A DNA stretch of 34,964 nt from Octopus bimaculoides (GCF_001194135.2 NC_068988.1:44273395-44308358), one strand, 5' to 3'; positions 10,988-21,404 are shown, counted from the stretch's first letter. Notes: generated by a model from the sequence alone, not told the origin. Translations and numbers: made by a program.

Positions 10988-11048
10988 TATCGGTTGTCCT
11001 AGATATCAATTGTCCAGGTATGAGTTCTCCTGGTATCAGTTGCCCTAG
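10988..11048 (+). repeat. Four degenerate 15-bp tandem units (consensus about TATCAGTTGTCCTRG)
   Basis: TATCGGTTGTCCTAG-A-TATCAATTGTCCAGG-TATGAGTTCTCCTGG-TATCAGTTGCCCTAG. Confidence 0.75.
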
Positions 11049-11571
11049 CATAAAGATTTGATAGAGATTTGGCTGCTATTTCTAGCAGGCATTTTGGACA
11101 ACCACTTAAAAGCTCCCTTGTTGGCTCAGTATTAGAGTACAAAGATTCTAAACAGTACACATAAAACTTTCTCCTCCAAACCAAAGTGGAATCATCAATA
11201 TTACATTCTTGTAATTTCCATTTATTTTGGAAATTTGGGAATTGTTTGAACACATAATAGTTGCATTTCTATATTTATTCTTGACTTGATTTAAACTCTA
11301 GGGTACAATCATAAACAGAAAGGTCATTGCTCTGTCTCCGGAGAGGAATTTTGACAATCATATAATGAGATAAAGAAACGACTCTGTAATTTATGGGAAT
11401 TAGTTTACAATCATTTTTTCCCTTTTTGTGTATGCATCTTTTTAAATCTCTGGTAAGTGCTTGAGTCCCATTGCTTTCTAATGTAAAGTTTAATCTATTG
11501 ACAAAGAGAGGTTTTACCGTTCTGATTGGAAGATTTGTAATTTTCTATCTTTATCATCACTCTATCATCAC

Positions 11572-11730
11572 AAGTATGGCTATGTGTTTAAATTTGCTTC
11601 TCAACGATGTAGTTTTGAGTTAAGTCCCATCGTGTGGCAACTTGCTAACGTGTTTTCTATTATTGGCCCAAGTTAAGCAAAGCCTTGTGTGCAAATATGG
11701 AAGATGGAAACTAAAAGAAGCTTGGTGCAT
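11572..11730 (+). mobile_element. Old CORE-type SINE head ending in (TA)n
   Basis: GTATGGCTATGTGTTTAA...AAAGCCTTGTGTG...GATGGAAACTAAAAGAAGC resembles 22825-22980. Confidence 0.7.
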
Positions 11731-11745
11731 ATATATATATATATA

Positions 11746-11883
11746 TACTCTTTTACTCTTTTACTTGTTTCAGTCATTTGACTGAGGCCATGCTGGAGCA
11801 CCGCCTTTAGTCGAGCAAATCGACCCCAGGACTTATTCTTTGGATGCCTAGTACTTATTCTGTCGGTCTCTTTTGCCGAACTG
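11746..11883 (-). mobile_element. Young 5'-truncated CORE-family SINE 3' end, inserted at the (TA)n tract of the older copy
   Basis: Near-identical to 17775-17915 (CTCTTTTACTTGTTTCAGTCATTTGACTG..GCCATGCTGGAGCACC). Confidence 0.9.
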
Positions 11884-11972
11884 TTTTAATGATTGCTATT
11901 TAATCTTTTAGGCTGAATTGAAACAGGTGTAAGAGACTATGTTTGATTTTTGCAGATAATAATTTTTATTAC

Positions 11973-12134
11973 CCCTTTCGTTACTGTATTTATTTTGAGA
12001 TGCTCTGTGTTTCTTTCAATTATGCTAAATATAACNNNNNNNNNNGGTGGAAGATTTTAATTCAAAACTTATGAAAACATGACATTTGTACTATAGAGCC
12101 AGAGCTGGTTTCAGGCGGGTTGGTAATGAAAGGG
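11973..12134. mobile_element. piggyBac-type MITE (contains a 10-N gap)
   Basis: TIRs CCCTTTCGTTAC and GTAATGAAAGGG (11/12 match), flanked by TTAC and TTAA. CCC...GGG termini with TTAA are typical of piggyBac. Confidence 0.75.
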
Positions 12135-12186
12135 TTAAATGCTATATCTTCATTTTCTTACTTTCTTTTGAATGATTATAAACCAT

Positions 12187-12187
<1 letters not shown>

Positions 12188-12242
<55 letters not shown>

Positions 12243-12545
12243 CGTATATACATATATATACATCTATATACATATATATACATCTATATACAAATATATA
12301 AGCATTGTGTAGAGTGAGTCAGAGCCGTCGGTAGACTAGACGTCAAATTCTGTTGAGTCGAGTCACTGGAAGTGAGAGTTTGGTAGTTGAGTAGAGGTAC
12401 GTTATTGGCAAAGGCATGCCATCTGAACGTCCGATATAACAGTATGTGTGTATGTATGTATGTATGTATGTATGTAGGTATGTATGTATGTATGCATGTA
12501 TGTATGTATGCATATGTATATATATTTTGTGTATATATACATATG
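12188..12545. repeat. (CA)n, (TA)-rich and (TATG)n microsatellites enclosing a 140-bp unique island (12301-12440)
   Basis: Seen directly. Confidence 0.9.
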
Positions 12546-12732
12546 TCAGTATATATATAACATGCGTTTTCTCCAATCCTTAAATTCTTAAATATACTCA
12601 AATAACCAAAATTTCAAGGAGTTCCTGCCTTAAAAACAGGAACTAAACCACAGTTATTTTGTGTTCTTTGCTACATTGGTTTCTATTAACCCANNNNNNN
12701 NNNTATATATATATATATATATATATATATAC

Positions 12733-13035
12733 TATCATCATTGTTTAATGTCTGCTTTCCATGCTGGCATGGGTTAGACGATTTGACTAGAGCTGGCCAG
12801 GCAGAAGACTGCACCAGACTTCTGTGTCTGTTTTGGCACAGTTTTTATGTCTAGATGCCTTTCCTAACACCAACAACCACCACTACCACCACCACTACAC
12901 AGAGTGGACAGAGTGTTTTTTACATGGCACCAGCACAGGGAAGCCAAGTTTTGGCATGGTTTTTATAGCTGGATGTCTTTCCAAATGCAAACCACTTTAC
13001 AATGTAGACTGGATGCTTTTTACGTGGCACCAGTA
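12733..13035 (-). mobile_element. Diverged RTE-type 3' UTR with internal partial duplication
   Basis: TTTAATGTCTGCTTTCCATGCTGGCATGGGTTAGACG; the GATGCCTTT/GATGTCTTT...GTGGCACCAG block occurs twice. Confidence 0.75.
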
Positions 13036-13174
13036 CAAGCAATATATATATATATATTTCATGTTATGCTAAGAAACGGCCCATGATATCAGGATTTTCA
13101 ACTTGAGTCAAATATAGCAAACTATTCCGAAACACTTTTAGAGTATCCACATAAGCGGAATTTAGACTGGCTAG

Positions 13175-13415
13175 TTTGCATTGGCATTAAGTCATATAAC
13201 TTGTAACAATGAAACCAAATCGATCAGCATTTTGTTCGTCGTTACATTCTGAGTTCAGATTCTACTAAGGCTGACTTTGCCTTCCATCCTTTCGGGTTTG
13301 ATAAGATAAGTGCCATTTGAGTTCTGGGGTCACTGTAATCAACTGTATCCTCCCCTTAATAAAACTGCTGGCCTTGTACCAAAATTTGAAAGCATCATTA
13401 TTATTATTATTATTA
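13175..13415 (+). mobile_element. Old Nin/Deu-domain tRNA SINE with (TTA)n tail
   Basis: CTGAGTTCAGATTC (B box) then GACTTTGCCTTCCATCCTTTCGGGTTTGATAAGATAAGTGCCA. Confidence 0.75.
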
Positions 13416-13425
13416 TTGCTGGTGT

Positions 13426-13650
13426 TAAGGTGGGGAACTAGCAGAATCATTAGAATGCCAAGCAAAATGCTTTGCAGCATTTCGTCTGTCTTTACGTTCT
13501 AAATTCAAATTCTGCCGAGGTCGGTTTTTCCTTTTATCCTCTCGGAGTTGATAAATTAAGTACCAGTGAGACACTGGAGTCAATGTAATCGACTAGTCCT
13601 TTCCTCCAAAATTTCAGGCCTTGTGCCTTTAGTAGAAAAGATTATCATTG
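13426..13650 (+). mobile_element. Nin/Deu-domain tRNA SINE, head-to-tail behind the previous copy
   Basis: Aligns along its length with 32512-32730. Confidence 0.85.
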
Positions 13651-13809
13651 CTGGAGTTGCTATTGTTTACTACTACTACTACTACTACTACTAAATGTAT
13701 TGACGGCAGGGAATAGCTTTTAGCCTTTTCTTTTTAATACTACCAATAATAGAATGGCATCCTGTCCAAGAAGAGATATATCTCTCTTCTGCTTACCACT
13801 ATGAAACTA

Positions 13810-14037
13810 TTGGGTTGTCTGGAAAGTTTGTGCCGATTTTTAAAGGAAAGTAAAAGGTCGATAAATACTTGCTATTACATTTTTAATCAACCAAATATGA
13901 AACATTTTGTTGCACAATGCGTCTCCATCTTTCCTTTAACTTGAAACTACCCTCTTCCCCGAACTGAGGTGGTTTCATGGCAAATAAGTTGAAAGGTAAG
14001 CTACTAAAAATCGGCATGAACTTTCCGGACAACCCAA
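13810..14037 (-). mobile_element. Mariner deletion derivative (MITE-like), 228 bp
   Basis: 33-bp TIRs (30/33 match, TTGGGTTGTC...), TA at 13808-13809 and 14038-14039. Minus strand encodes EEGSFKLKERWRRIVQQNVSYLVD*, resembling the mariner transposase C-terminus. Confidence 0.9.
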
Positions 14038-14181
14038 TAGAATTAAGCACCAGCAAATAAGACCCATTTTTTGCTTTCGGTTTTTCTCATTTTTTGTTTC
14101 AACATTATGTAATATCCTTAGTATTGACTGCTGCATATGTATCTAGTTGTCTACAGTTTTTTGATTTCCAATACATTTCAG

Positions 14182-14211
14182 TTGCTGGAAACCAGAATAT
14201 ATTTGTGGACA
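14182..14211 (+). CDS. Candidate 30-nt exon (open in all three frames)
   Basis: TTTTTTGATTTCCAATACATTTCAG|...GGACA|GTATGT. Could be a pseudo-exon. Confidence 0.2.
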
Positions 14212-14694
14212 GTATGTATATGTAATGTGTATGTAATGTGTATGTGTCTCTGTTTGTGTTTGAGCGAGAGAGAAAGATTTTATAACTTGTGTAGTTGTTG
14301 ATTCTGTTTTGTATTAAAAAAAAAAAAAAATTTGTTGTTAGTTTAATTGGAATTTGTCGTGGTTATCTCCTGCTTCTTATAACCAAAGCCGTGATATAAT
14401 CCTCTCTTGATTGGCTCGTTTTGCTTGGCTGAATATTGGAATTTAACTCATGATCTGTGTTGATTAACTCAGCTTCTATTGCTTCTAGTTTCTTCCCCCT
14501 GCTTCTCTCACCCTAAATAGAGTTTCACATCCATGCACCTCGAAAACTTATTTCCTAATATTATCACCATCAATCATATTGCCACAATCACCTGTACCCT
14601 ATTTGTCATTTTTACATTGACTATCTATATACACTATTGCTGTTGTTGCTATAATCATCATCATTATTGTCATTGTTGTCGTTGTAGTCATCAT

Positions 14695-14919
14695 CGTTCT
14701 TCTTCTTCTTCTTCTTCTTCTTCTTCTTCTTCTTCTTCTTCTTCTTCCTATTCTTCTTCTTCCTATTCTTCTTCTTCTTCCTCTTCTTCTTCTTTTTCTT
14801 CTTCTTCTTTTTCTTCTTCTTCTTCTTATTCTTCTTCTTCTTCTTCTTCTTCTTCTTCTTCCTATTCTTCTTCTTCTTCTTCTTCTTCTTCCTATTCTTC
14901 TTCTTCCTATTCTTCTTCT

Positions 14920-14954
<35 letters not shown>

Positions 14955-15000
14955 TTCTTCCTCTTCCTCTTCTTCTTCTTCTTCTTCTTCTTCTTCTTGT
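14695..15000. repeat. (TTC)n microsatellite with TTCCTA/TCC interruptions
   Basis: Seen directly; explains the poly-S/K/R/E ORFs. Confidence 0.97.
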
Positions 15001-15371
15001 GCAAAATATGGTAATTTGCATGAAGTACTGCTGAATAAAATGAAGTGATATATTATAGTGTAAAAAACTAAGAATGATCCTGGTAAAAGAATAAAATAAG
15101 TTTGTTTAATATTTCCATCTACGGAAGCTTCTGGATATAATATTAGAGGGAAATGAGCCGTAATAAGGAAACAACAAACAATTCCAGCAATATAGATGGC
15201 AGGTTCACAAACATTAGGCAGTTCCATAATGTTTTAAGTCTTAATGGACACCCAGAGTCCTTTACTATCTTATTGGAAAACTAATAAGGTTTTCAGTTAT
15301 AAGTACAATCTTACAAACTTTCTTATAGTTGATCACATCAACTCAGGTATGTTTTGTGTATTTTTTATAGA

Positions 15372-15725
15372 CTTATCATCATCATCATCATTGTCGTCAT
15401 CATAATCATCATCATCAGCATCATCATTGATGTTGTTGTTGTCATTGTCGTTGTCATCGTCGTCATCAGCATCATCATTATCATCATCATCATCTCCATC
15501 ATCATCATCATACTCTGCTCCCACCGTCATCGTCATCATCATCATTTAATGTCTGTCTTTCATGCTTCTATGGGTCGGACAGTTTGATGGGATCCAAGGA
15601 ATTTGCTGAACTGCATCAAGCTCCAATGTCAGCTTTGGAATGGTTTCAATGGCAGGATGCCTTTCCTATAATGCCAGTCACTTTACAGCATATACTGGGT
15701 ATGTTTTTCATGTCAGTGGCATAAG
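15372..15725 (-). mobile_element. Diverged RTE-type 3' end (about 15545-15725) with an expanded (ATC)-type tail field (15372-15545)
   Basis: ATCATTTAATGTCTGTCTTTCATGCTTCTATGGGTCGGACAGTTTGA directly abuts the trinucleotide field. Confidence 0.75.
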
Positions 15726-16146
15726 TGAGATCACCAAGGAACTTACAAGAGAAGAGAGAGAAAAAGCCCATACAGTGAATATGTGTGTGTTGGGTACGAT
15801 GCATTTGAGAGAGGGGATCGTGGTTTTTATGCCAGGTGTTGGGAGGCTCAAGTATGATGCAGATGTCTTGCTATATAGGAAGAGATGTGGTTTTCCCATA
15901 TTATACAATGGTTGGTAGAAGTGTTTGAGAAGATAAATATTTACTTTCTATAGATACTGCATTAGAAGAAACAAGTTATTACCACAATTTGAAATGCAGT
16001 CCACACAGAAAAGTTGAATATATAACTGGAGATATAGGTAACAATCTGATCATGTAGCCCTGTACTCATTAGGGTTACATATGGCAGTCACCATATTTCA
16101 TCCCATAACAACTACCTCTGATGAATGCAGGGTAACTAGAGATGTA

Positions 16147-16978
16147 CGGGGTGTTTCAAAAAATTTGATATTATTTGAGATGTAAATATCACGGAAACTA
16201 CATAGTCAAAGCAAATAAAACTAAACAGGCTTAATGTTGAGTAACATAAGATTTATTCCTCCAAATTTGAATGAGAAATGTTCAATATGCATGTCGGCTG
16301 AGACATGGCACATGTCAAGTCAGTATTCCAGCTCCTCCCAAACACGCTGCAGAATGTCTTGGGTAGCAGTCTCCAGTGCAGTAGTGATTCTCTGCTCGAG
16401 TTCCTCTAGGTTTGCAGGAAGATGGGGGACATAGACCAGGCCCTTCACATAGCCCCAAAGAAAAAAAATCGCAAGGTGTCAAATGAATGTGGCAGCCATT
16501 TCAACAGCACATTTCATCAGGATGTGCCAAACTGTCGTTGGAGGAATTTGGGTTTCCAGATCTGTTCTTCTTATGGACTTCGAGGGGCTTTGCAAGAGTT
16601 TCTGGCGAACCTGCTCAACCATCTCTTCTGATGTTTGTGGTCGTCCAGATCCTTTTGCCCTGCACAGACAGCTTTCCTCTTTGAATTTTTTGTGCCATGT
16701 CCAAATCTGCATTGCCGTTGGTGACTTTTTAGAGAACTCTCTAACAAATTCATGCTGCACAGTCTTGTTTGACTGTGTTCGATCATACTCCAACACACAA
16801 AATGCCTTGTCTCTTCCAGTGAATGCCATTTCTATACCTGAAAAGATAAACATATCAAACATTAAACATAAAATTTTGATCTGTTTCTAAACATGCTGTT
16901 AAAATTTAAAGTCATTTGAACAAGAACTGGCAAAGTTATTAGATTGCGAAATGATATCAAATTTTTTGAAACACACTG
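16147..16978 (-). mobile_element. Tc1/mariner-superfamily non-autonomous element, 832 bp, catalytic core deleted
   Basis: 30-bp TIRs (27/30 match), TA at both ends. ATG at 16829 gives MAFTGRDKAFCVLEY...KGSGRPQTSEE...SPSKSIRR...TTVWHIL (DUF4817-like HTH), joined to a decayed WPPRSPDLTPCDFFLWGYVK-type C-terminus (...LEELEQRITTALETATQDILQRVWEELEY*). Confidence 0.93.
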
Positions 16979-17164
16979 TATACATTTCACAAAGGAGTTT
17001 CCCTAAAGAAATATATAACAAAATAAGTGGACACCTGATTTTGACAAAGTATGTACATCAGCTTAACTGTCCAATTAGCATTGTGGACAATTGCTTTTGC
17101 TCTTATATAGTGTGAACATGCTTAAGAATGACTATTCTTCTATGTCACAAACTTCTGGATTTAA

Positions 17165-17581
17165 TCCTTCAGCATTTACACCAGCCATATCCAGCTCGAA
17201 TATTTTATGTGTTATTCGTTCAGATTGGCCAGATCCAGCCTCTTACACCTAACCTAAAATGTTATTCTAAAAATAAACAAATATATCAGTCGAAGCCTTG
17301 AAGCTATGAGATGATGTATGATTAATTCAAAACAATGTAAATAATTAGGAACTACATTTGATAAAGTAACCTAAATGCTAAATGATTGAAGTGATCTATA
17401 TTTAAACTACCCATCAAAATTTCCTGATAATATGTTTCAAACACCAGATTAATAAGGACAAAAGTATTTTACAAAATTCTTCATTATTTTCCATATGAAT
17501 TGAAAAGAAGAGTGTATTTCAAAAGAAATATAGTAGCAACAGAATTTTGGTAACAGATATGGCTGGTTAAATGCTAAAGGA
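17165..17581. mobile_element. TTAA-flanked piggyBac-type MITE, probably composite, 417 bp
   Basis: TIRs of about 27 bp (TCCTTCAGCATTTACACCAGCCATATC vs TCCTTTAGCATTTA-ACCAGCCATATC), TTAA at 17161-17164 and 17582-17585. Confidence 0.75.
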
Positions 17582-17774
17582 TTAAATCTGGAAATTTGCA
17601 ACAGAGAACCAAAGACACTCTCACCATATAAGAGCAGAAGCAATTGTCCACAATGCTAATTGAACAGTCAAGCCAATGTGCATATCTTGTCAAAATCAGG
17701 TGTCCATTTATTTAGTAATATATTTCTTGAGGGAAGAGCCTCTGTAGAATATATATATCTCCAGCTTGTAATAA

Positions 17775-18188
17775 ACTCTTTTACTCTTTACTCTTTTACT
17801 TGTTTCAGTCATTTGACTGTGGCCATGCTGGAGCACCACCTTTAATCGAGCAAATCGACCCCAGGATTTATTCTTTGTAAGCCTAGTACTCATTTTATTG
17901 GCCTCTTTTGCCGAACCGCTAAGTTACGGGGACGTAAACACACCAGCATCAGTTGTCAAGCGATGTTGGGGGGACAAACACAGACACACAAACACACACA
18001 CATATATATATACATATACATTATATGATGGGCTTCTTTCAGTTTCCGTCTACCAAATCCACTCACAAGGCTTTGGTTGGCCTGAGGCTATAGTAGAAGA
18101 CACTTGCCCAAGGTGTCACGCAGTGGGACTGAACCCGGAACCATGCAGTTGATAAGCAAGCTACTTAACACATAGCCACTCCTGCACC
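17775..18188 (-). mobile_element. Full-length tRNA/CORE-type SINE with internal (CA)/(TA) tract and short tandem tail
   Basis: Reverse complement aligns end to end with 22825-23231. Confidence 0.92.
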
Positions 18189-18240
18189 TAAAAGTTTATA
18201 TTGCTGATAACATTTTGGTATTAATTTATGTTTTAAAGAT

Positions 18241-18359
18241 CAGATTAAGAAGGACAAAGTTTTTTTTTTTTTTTTTTTTTTTACAAAATACCTCATTATT
18301 TTTCCAAATGGATTGAAACAAAGACAATGTATTTCAACAGAAATATGGTAACAAGAGGG
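18241..18359 (-). mobile_element. piggyBac-type MITE fragment ending GAGGG|TTAA
   Basis: Homologous to 17445-17555; terminus resembles 12123-12138. Confidence 0.6.
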
Positions 18360-18764
18360 TTAAAAGTGACAAATATAGAAAAATATAAGAGTCTATATTG
18401 CTGACAGTATTTGGATATTACTCTACATATTTGTCTCAGAGAACAACTATATTTGCATCATAGGTAAAAGAAGACATAAACATAACAAACACTAAGACAA
18501 ACGTTTCAACAGAAAGATTACTTTTATGATGAAAGCTTGTGACAAAGATGTTGACAACCACATACAAATTTTATCAAATGTCACAAATAGACTGCAGCAA
18601 TGCTGTGAGTTGCATGGCTTTCATTTTTAACTACTTGAAGCTAAAATGAAAAGTATGGCCTTCTCTGCTGTGCATTCTGCATGTTAAAACTTCTTTTCCA
18701 AGGCTATTGTATTCATGGTTTGGGGCCTTTCTTTATGAAACCATAAATAAGTATGAGATTTTTT

Positions 18765-19963
18765 TCTATCCCTGCTCAGTATGTAGAAAAGGAGTAGGTA
18801 GTAACTCTATAAGATGTACCCGGTGCAAGCTATGGACACATAAGAGGTGCAGCAACATCAAAGGCAGGTTAACTAGCAAGTTAGTTTTTGTTTGTGGCAG
18901 ATGTTCAGGTGCAATAAAGACTGCAAACAAACAGGAAACAACTTCTATCTCATTCCAGGGTGAAAAACTAGAGGTAGTCGATAGCTTCCGCTATCTGGGC
19001 GACCAAGTTAGTAGTGGGGGTGGGTGCGCTGAAAGTGTAGCTGCTAGAATAAGAATAGCCTGGGCAAAGTTTAGAGAGCNNNNNNNNNNNNNNNNNNNNN
19101 NNNNNNNNNNNNNNNNNNNNNNNNNNNNNNNNNNNNNNNNNNNNNNNNNNNNNNNNNNNNNNNNNNNNNNNNNNNNNNNNNNNNNNNNNNNNNNNNNNNN
19201 NNNNNNNNNNNNNNNNNNNNNNNNNNNNNNNNNNNNNNNNNNNNNNNNNNNNNNNNNNNNNNNNNNNNNNNNNNNNNNNNNNNNNNNNNNNNNNNNNNNN
19301 NNNNNNNNNNNNNNNNNNNNNNNNNNNNNNNNNNNNNNNNNNNNNNNNNNNNNNNNNNNNNNNNNNNNNNNNNNNNNNNNNNNNNNNNNNNNNNNNNNNN
19401 NNNNNNNNNNNNNNNNNNNNNNNNNNNNNNNNNNNNNNNNNNNNNNNNNNNNNNNNNNNNNNNNNNNNNNNNNNNNNNNNNNNNNNNNNNNNNNNNNNNN
19501 NNNNNNNNNNNNNNNNNNNNNNNNNNNNNNNNNNNNNNNNNNNNNNNNNNNNNNNNNNNNNNNNNNNNNNNNNNNNNNNNNNNNNNNNNNNNNNNNNNNN
19601 NNNNNNNNNNNNNNNNNNNNNNNNNNNNNNNNNNNNNNNNNNNNNNNNNNNNNNNNNNNNNNNNNNNNNNNNNNNNNNNNNNNNNNNNNNNNNNNNNNNN
19701 NNNNNNNNNNNNNNNNNNNNNNNNNNNNNGGCACATAAAAGACACCATTTCGAGCGTGGCCGTTTTCGTGCGGGTGACACGTAAAAGCACCCACTACACT
19801 CTCTGAGTGGTTGGCGTTAGGAAGGGCATCCAGCTGTAGAAACTCTGCCAAATCAGACTGGAGCCTGGTGTTGCCATCCGGTTTCACCAGTCCTCAGTCA
19901 AATCGTCCAACCCATGCTAGCATGGAAAGCGGACGTTAAACGATGATGATGATGATGATGATG
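18765..19963 (+). mobile_element. 5'-truncated RTE-clade LINE with ORF fragment, 3' UTR and (GAT)n tail (650-N gap inside)
   Basis: 18768-19079 encodes YPCSVCRKGVGSNSIRCTRCKLWTHKRCS...CGRC (Cys/His finger) then EVVDSFRYLGD...RIAWAKFRE, the post-RT YLG region. No stops or frameshifts in the visible part. Confidence 0.9.
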
Positions 19964-20034
19964 ACCTTTATAGAATTTGTTTTCATTGTGTACAGTCTAT
20001 GTTCTTTACAATTATTATTATTATTATTATTATT

Positions 20035-20293
20035 GTTCAGTAGTTTTATTTTTATAACGTGCTTTCACTTCACTACCGAGCGCAGCTCTGTGTGCCTTGG
20101 GTATGTGCTGTGGTTTGCTGTGAAGCTCTTATGGTTGCTGTATTGAAAGTGTTTCGCGTAGGATGTGTACAGTGCCCAGTAGTGCAATTTTCTGTATGTA
20201 ATATATTTGTAAGTTCTGGTGTTTTTGTTATGTATTTGTCTGAATATTTTTTTATTATACCTAAGGCACCTACTATGATAGGAATTGTTTCTG
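20035..20293 (-). mobile_element. 5'-truncated Dong/R4-like (RLE) LINE 3' end embedded in (TAA)n
   Basis: Minus strand: ETIPIIVGALGIIKKYSDKYITKTPELTNI, frameshift, YIQKIALLGTVHILRETLSIQQP* (stop 20129-20131). (TTA)n lies at 20011-20034 and from 20294. Confidence 0.85.
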
Positions 20294-20350
<57 letters not shown>

Positions 20351-20396
20351 ATAATTATTATTATTATTACTGTTATTGTGGTTGTTGTTGTTGTTG

Positions 20397-20602
20397 AGGT
20401 GGTGCACTGGCAGAATTGTTAGCATGCAGACAAACTGCTTAGTGGTATTTCATCTATCTTCATGTCCTGAGTTCAAACTCCATCAAGGCTGACTTTACTT
20501 TTCGTCTTCTCAGGGTCAATAAAATAAGTACCAGTTAAGCACAAAGGTCAACATAATCAGCTAACTCCATCACCCAAAATTCCAGGCCTTGTGCTCATAA
20601 TA
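20397..20602 (+). mobile_element. Old Nin/Deu-domain tRNA SINE
   Basis: TGGCAGAATTGTTAGC...CTGAGTTCAAACTCC...GGGTCAATAAAATAAGTACCAG. Confidence 0.8.
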
Positions 20603-20634
20603 GTGGTTTTGTGCTAATTGAAGACATTATTACT

Positions 20635-20835
20635 ACTGGTAAAATTAGTAGAGTCCTGAACAAAATGTATTGTGGTATTTAGTTAAGATCTTTTACAGTC
20701 TGAGTTCAAATTCTGTGGGAGTTGAATTTGCCATTTGTCCTTTAATGGTCAATGAAATAAATAAAATAAGTACCAGTCATATGCTGGGGTTCATTTCATC
20801 AACTGTCCACCTCATTTGTGGCTTTGTGTGTACCA
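20635..20835 (+). mobile_element. Older Nin/Deu-domain SINE, head-to-tail behind the previous copy
   Basis: CTGAGTTCAAATTCTG...AATAAAATAAGTACCAG...CTGGGG. Confidence 0.65.
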
Positions 20836-20907
20836 TCAATGTCTATGACATAAGGGCAAGTGTTGTGTTGAAGAAGCATGCAATTTCCCTAGTCAGGTTG
20901 TTAGAAC

Positions 20908-21389
20908 ATTACTGACCAAGTGAAAGTAATGGGCGATGGTATCATGAGAGCATACTGTCAGTTGGACCAATTCCCCAGTGGACTCGCGTGGATTCTTGTG
21001 GATGAGCTTGTTCAGTTGATCCTCATTGAATTGAACAGGTCTGGTCAGAATGTGGAGAGTCTGTGATGTCAAATTTCCCCTCCTTCTGTGCATTTATTTC
21101 AGTATTTTCTCCCTACATCCACAAATGTTTTGAGCAACTAGAGTAGCTTTGGGACTTTGATTGAAAGCAAAAAGAAATGTCAAAATTGCTAATTTTTTTC
21201 CTGTTAGACAATCTTTTATCATATGTTTGAAAAAAGGTAAAATTTATTCAAATTTCAAAAACGATTAACAACAGTTGTTGAGGAACGATAGAGCTATAAA
21301 AACTTCATATAACACTATGATAAAAAATATGTTTTGTGTTAAAAGAAATAACATTGGAAAGATATGAGTAAATTTTTCTGACAACCCAA
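20908..21389 (-). mobile_element. Mariner 5' fragment (left TIR plus decayed HTH region)
   Basis: Terminus TA|TTGGGTTGTC at 21389, the same start as 13810. Peptides FAFNQSPKATLVAQNICG and RPVQFNEDQLNKLIHKNPRESTGEL...CSHDTIAHY resemble the mariner N-terminus. Confidence 0.8.
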
Positions 21390-21404
21390 TAAATCTACGT
21401 TACC

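Noticed and set aside
14533-15227. Poly-Ser, poly-Lys, poly-Arg and poly-Glu ORFs
   Set aside because: Translations of the (TTC)n microsatellite; the flanking peptide has no recognisable motif.
4761-15725. Five consecutive RTE-type ends on the minus strand (orientation bias)
   Set aside because: Plus-strand copies occur at about 4700, 18765, 21405 and 27835; the numbers are too small to infer host-gene strand.
18525-18630. MMKACDKDVDNHIQILSNVTNRLQQC, loosely like Gypsy RT
   Set aside because: No YxDD motif; the similarity is too weak to call.
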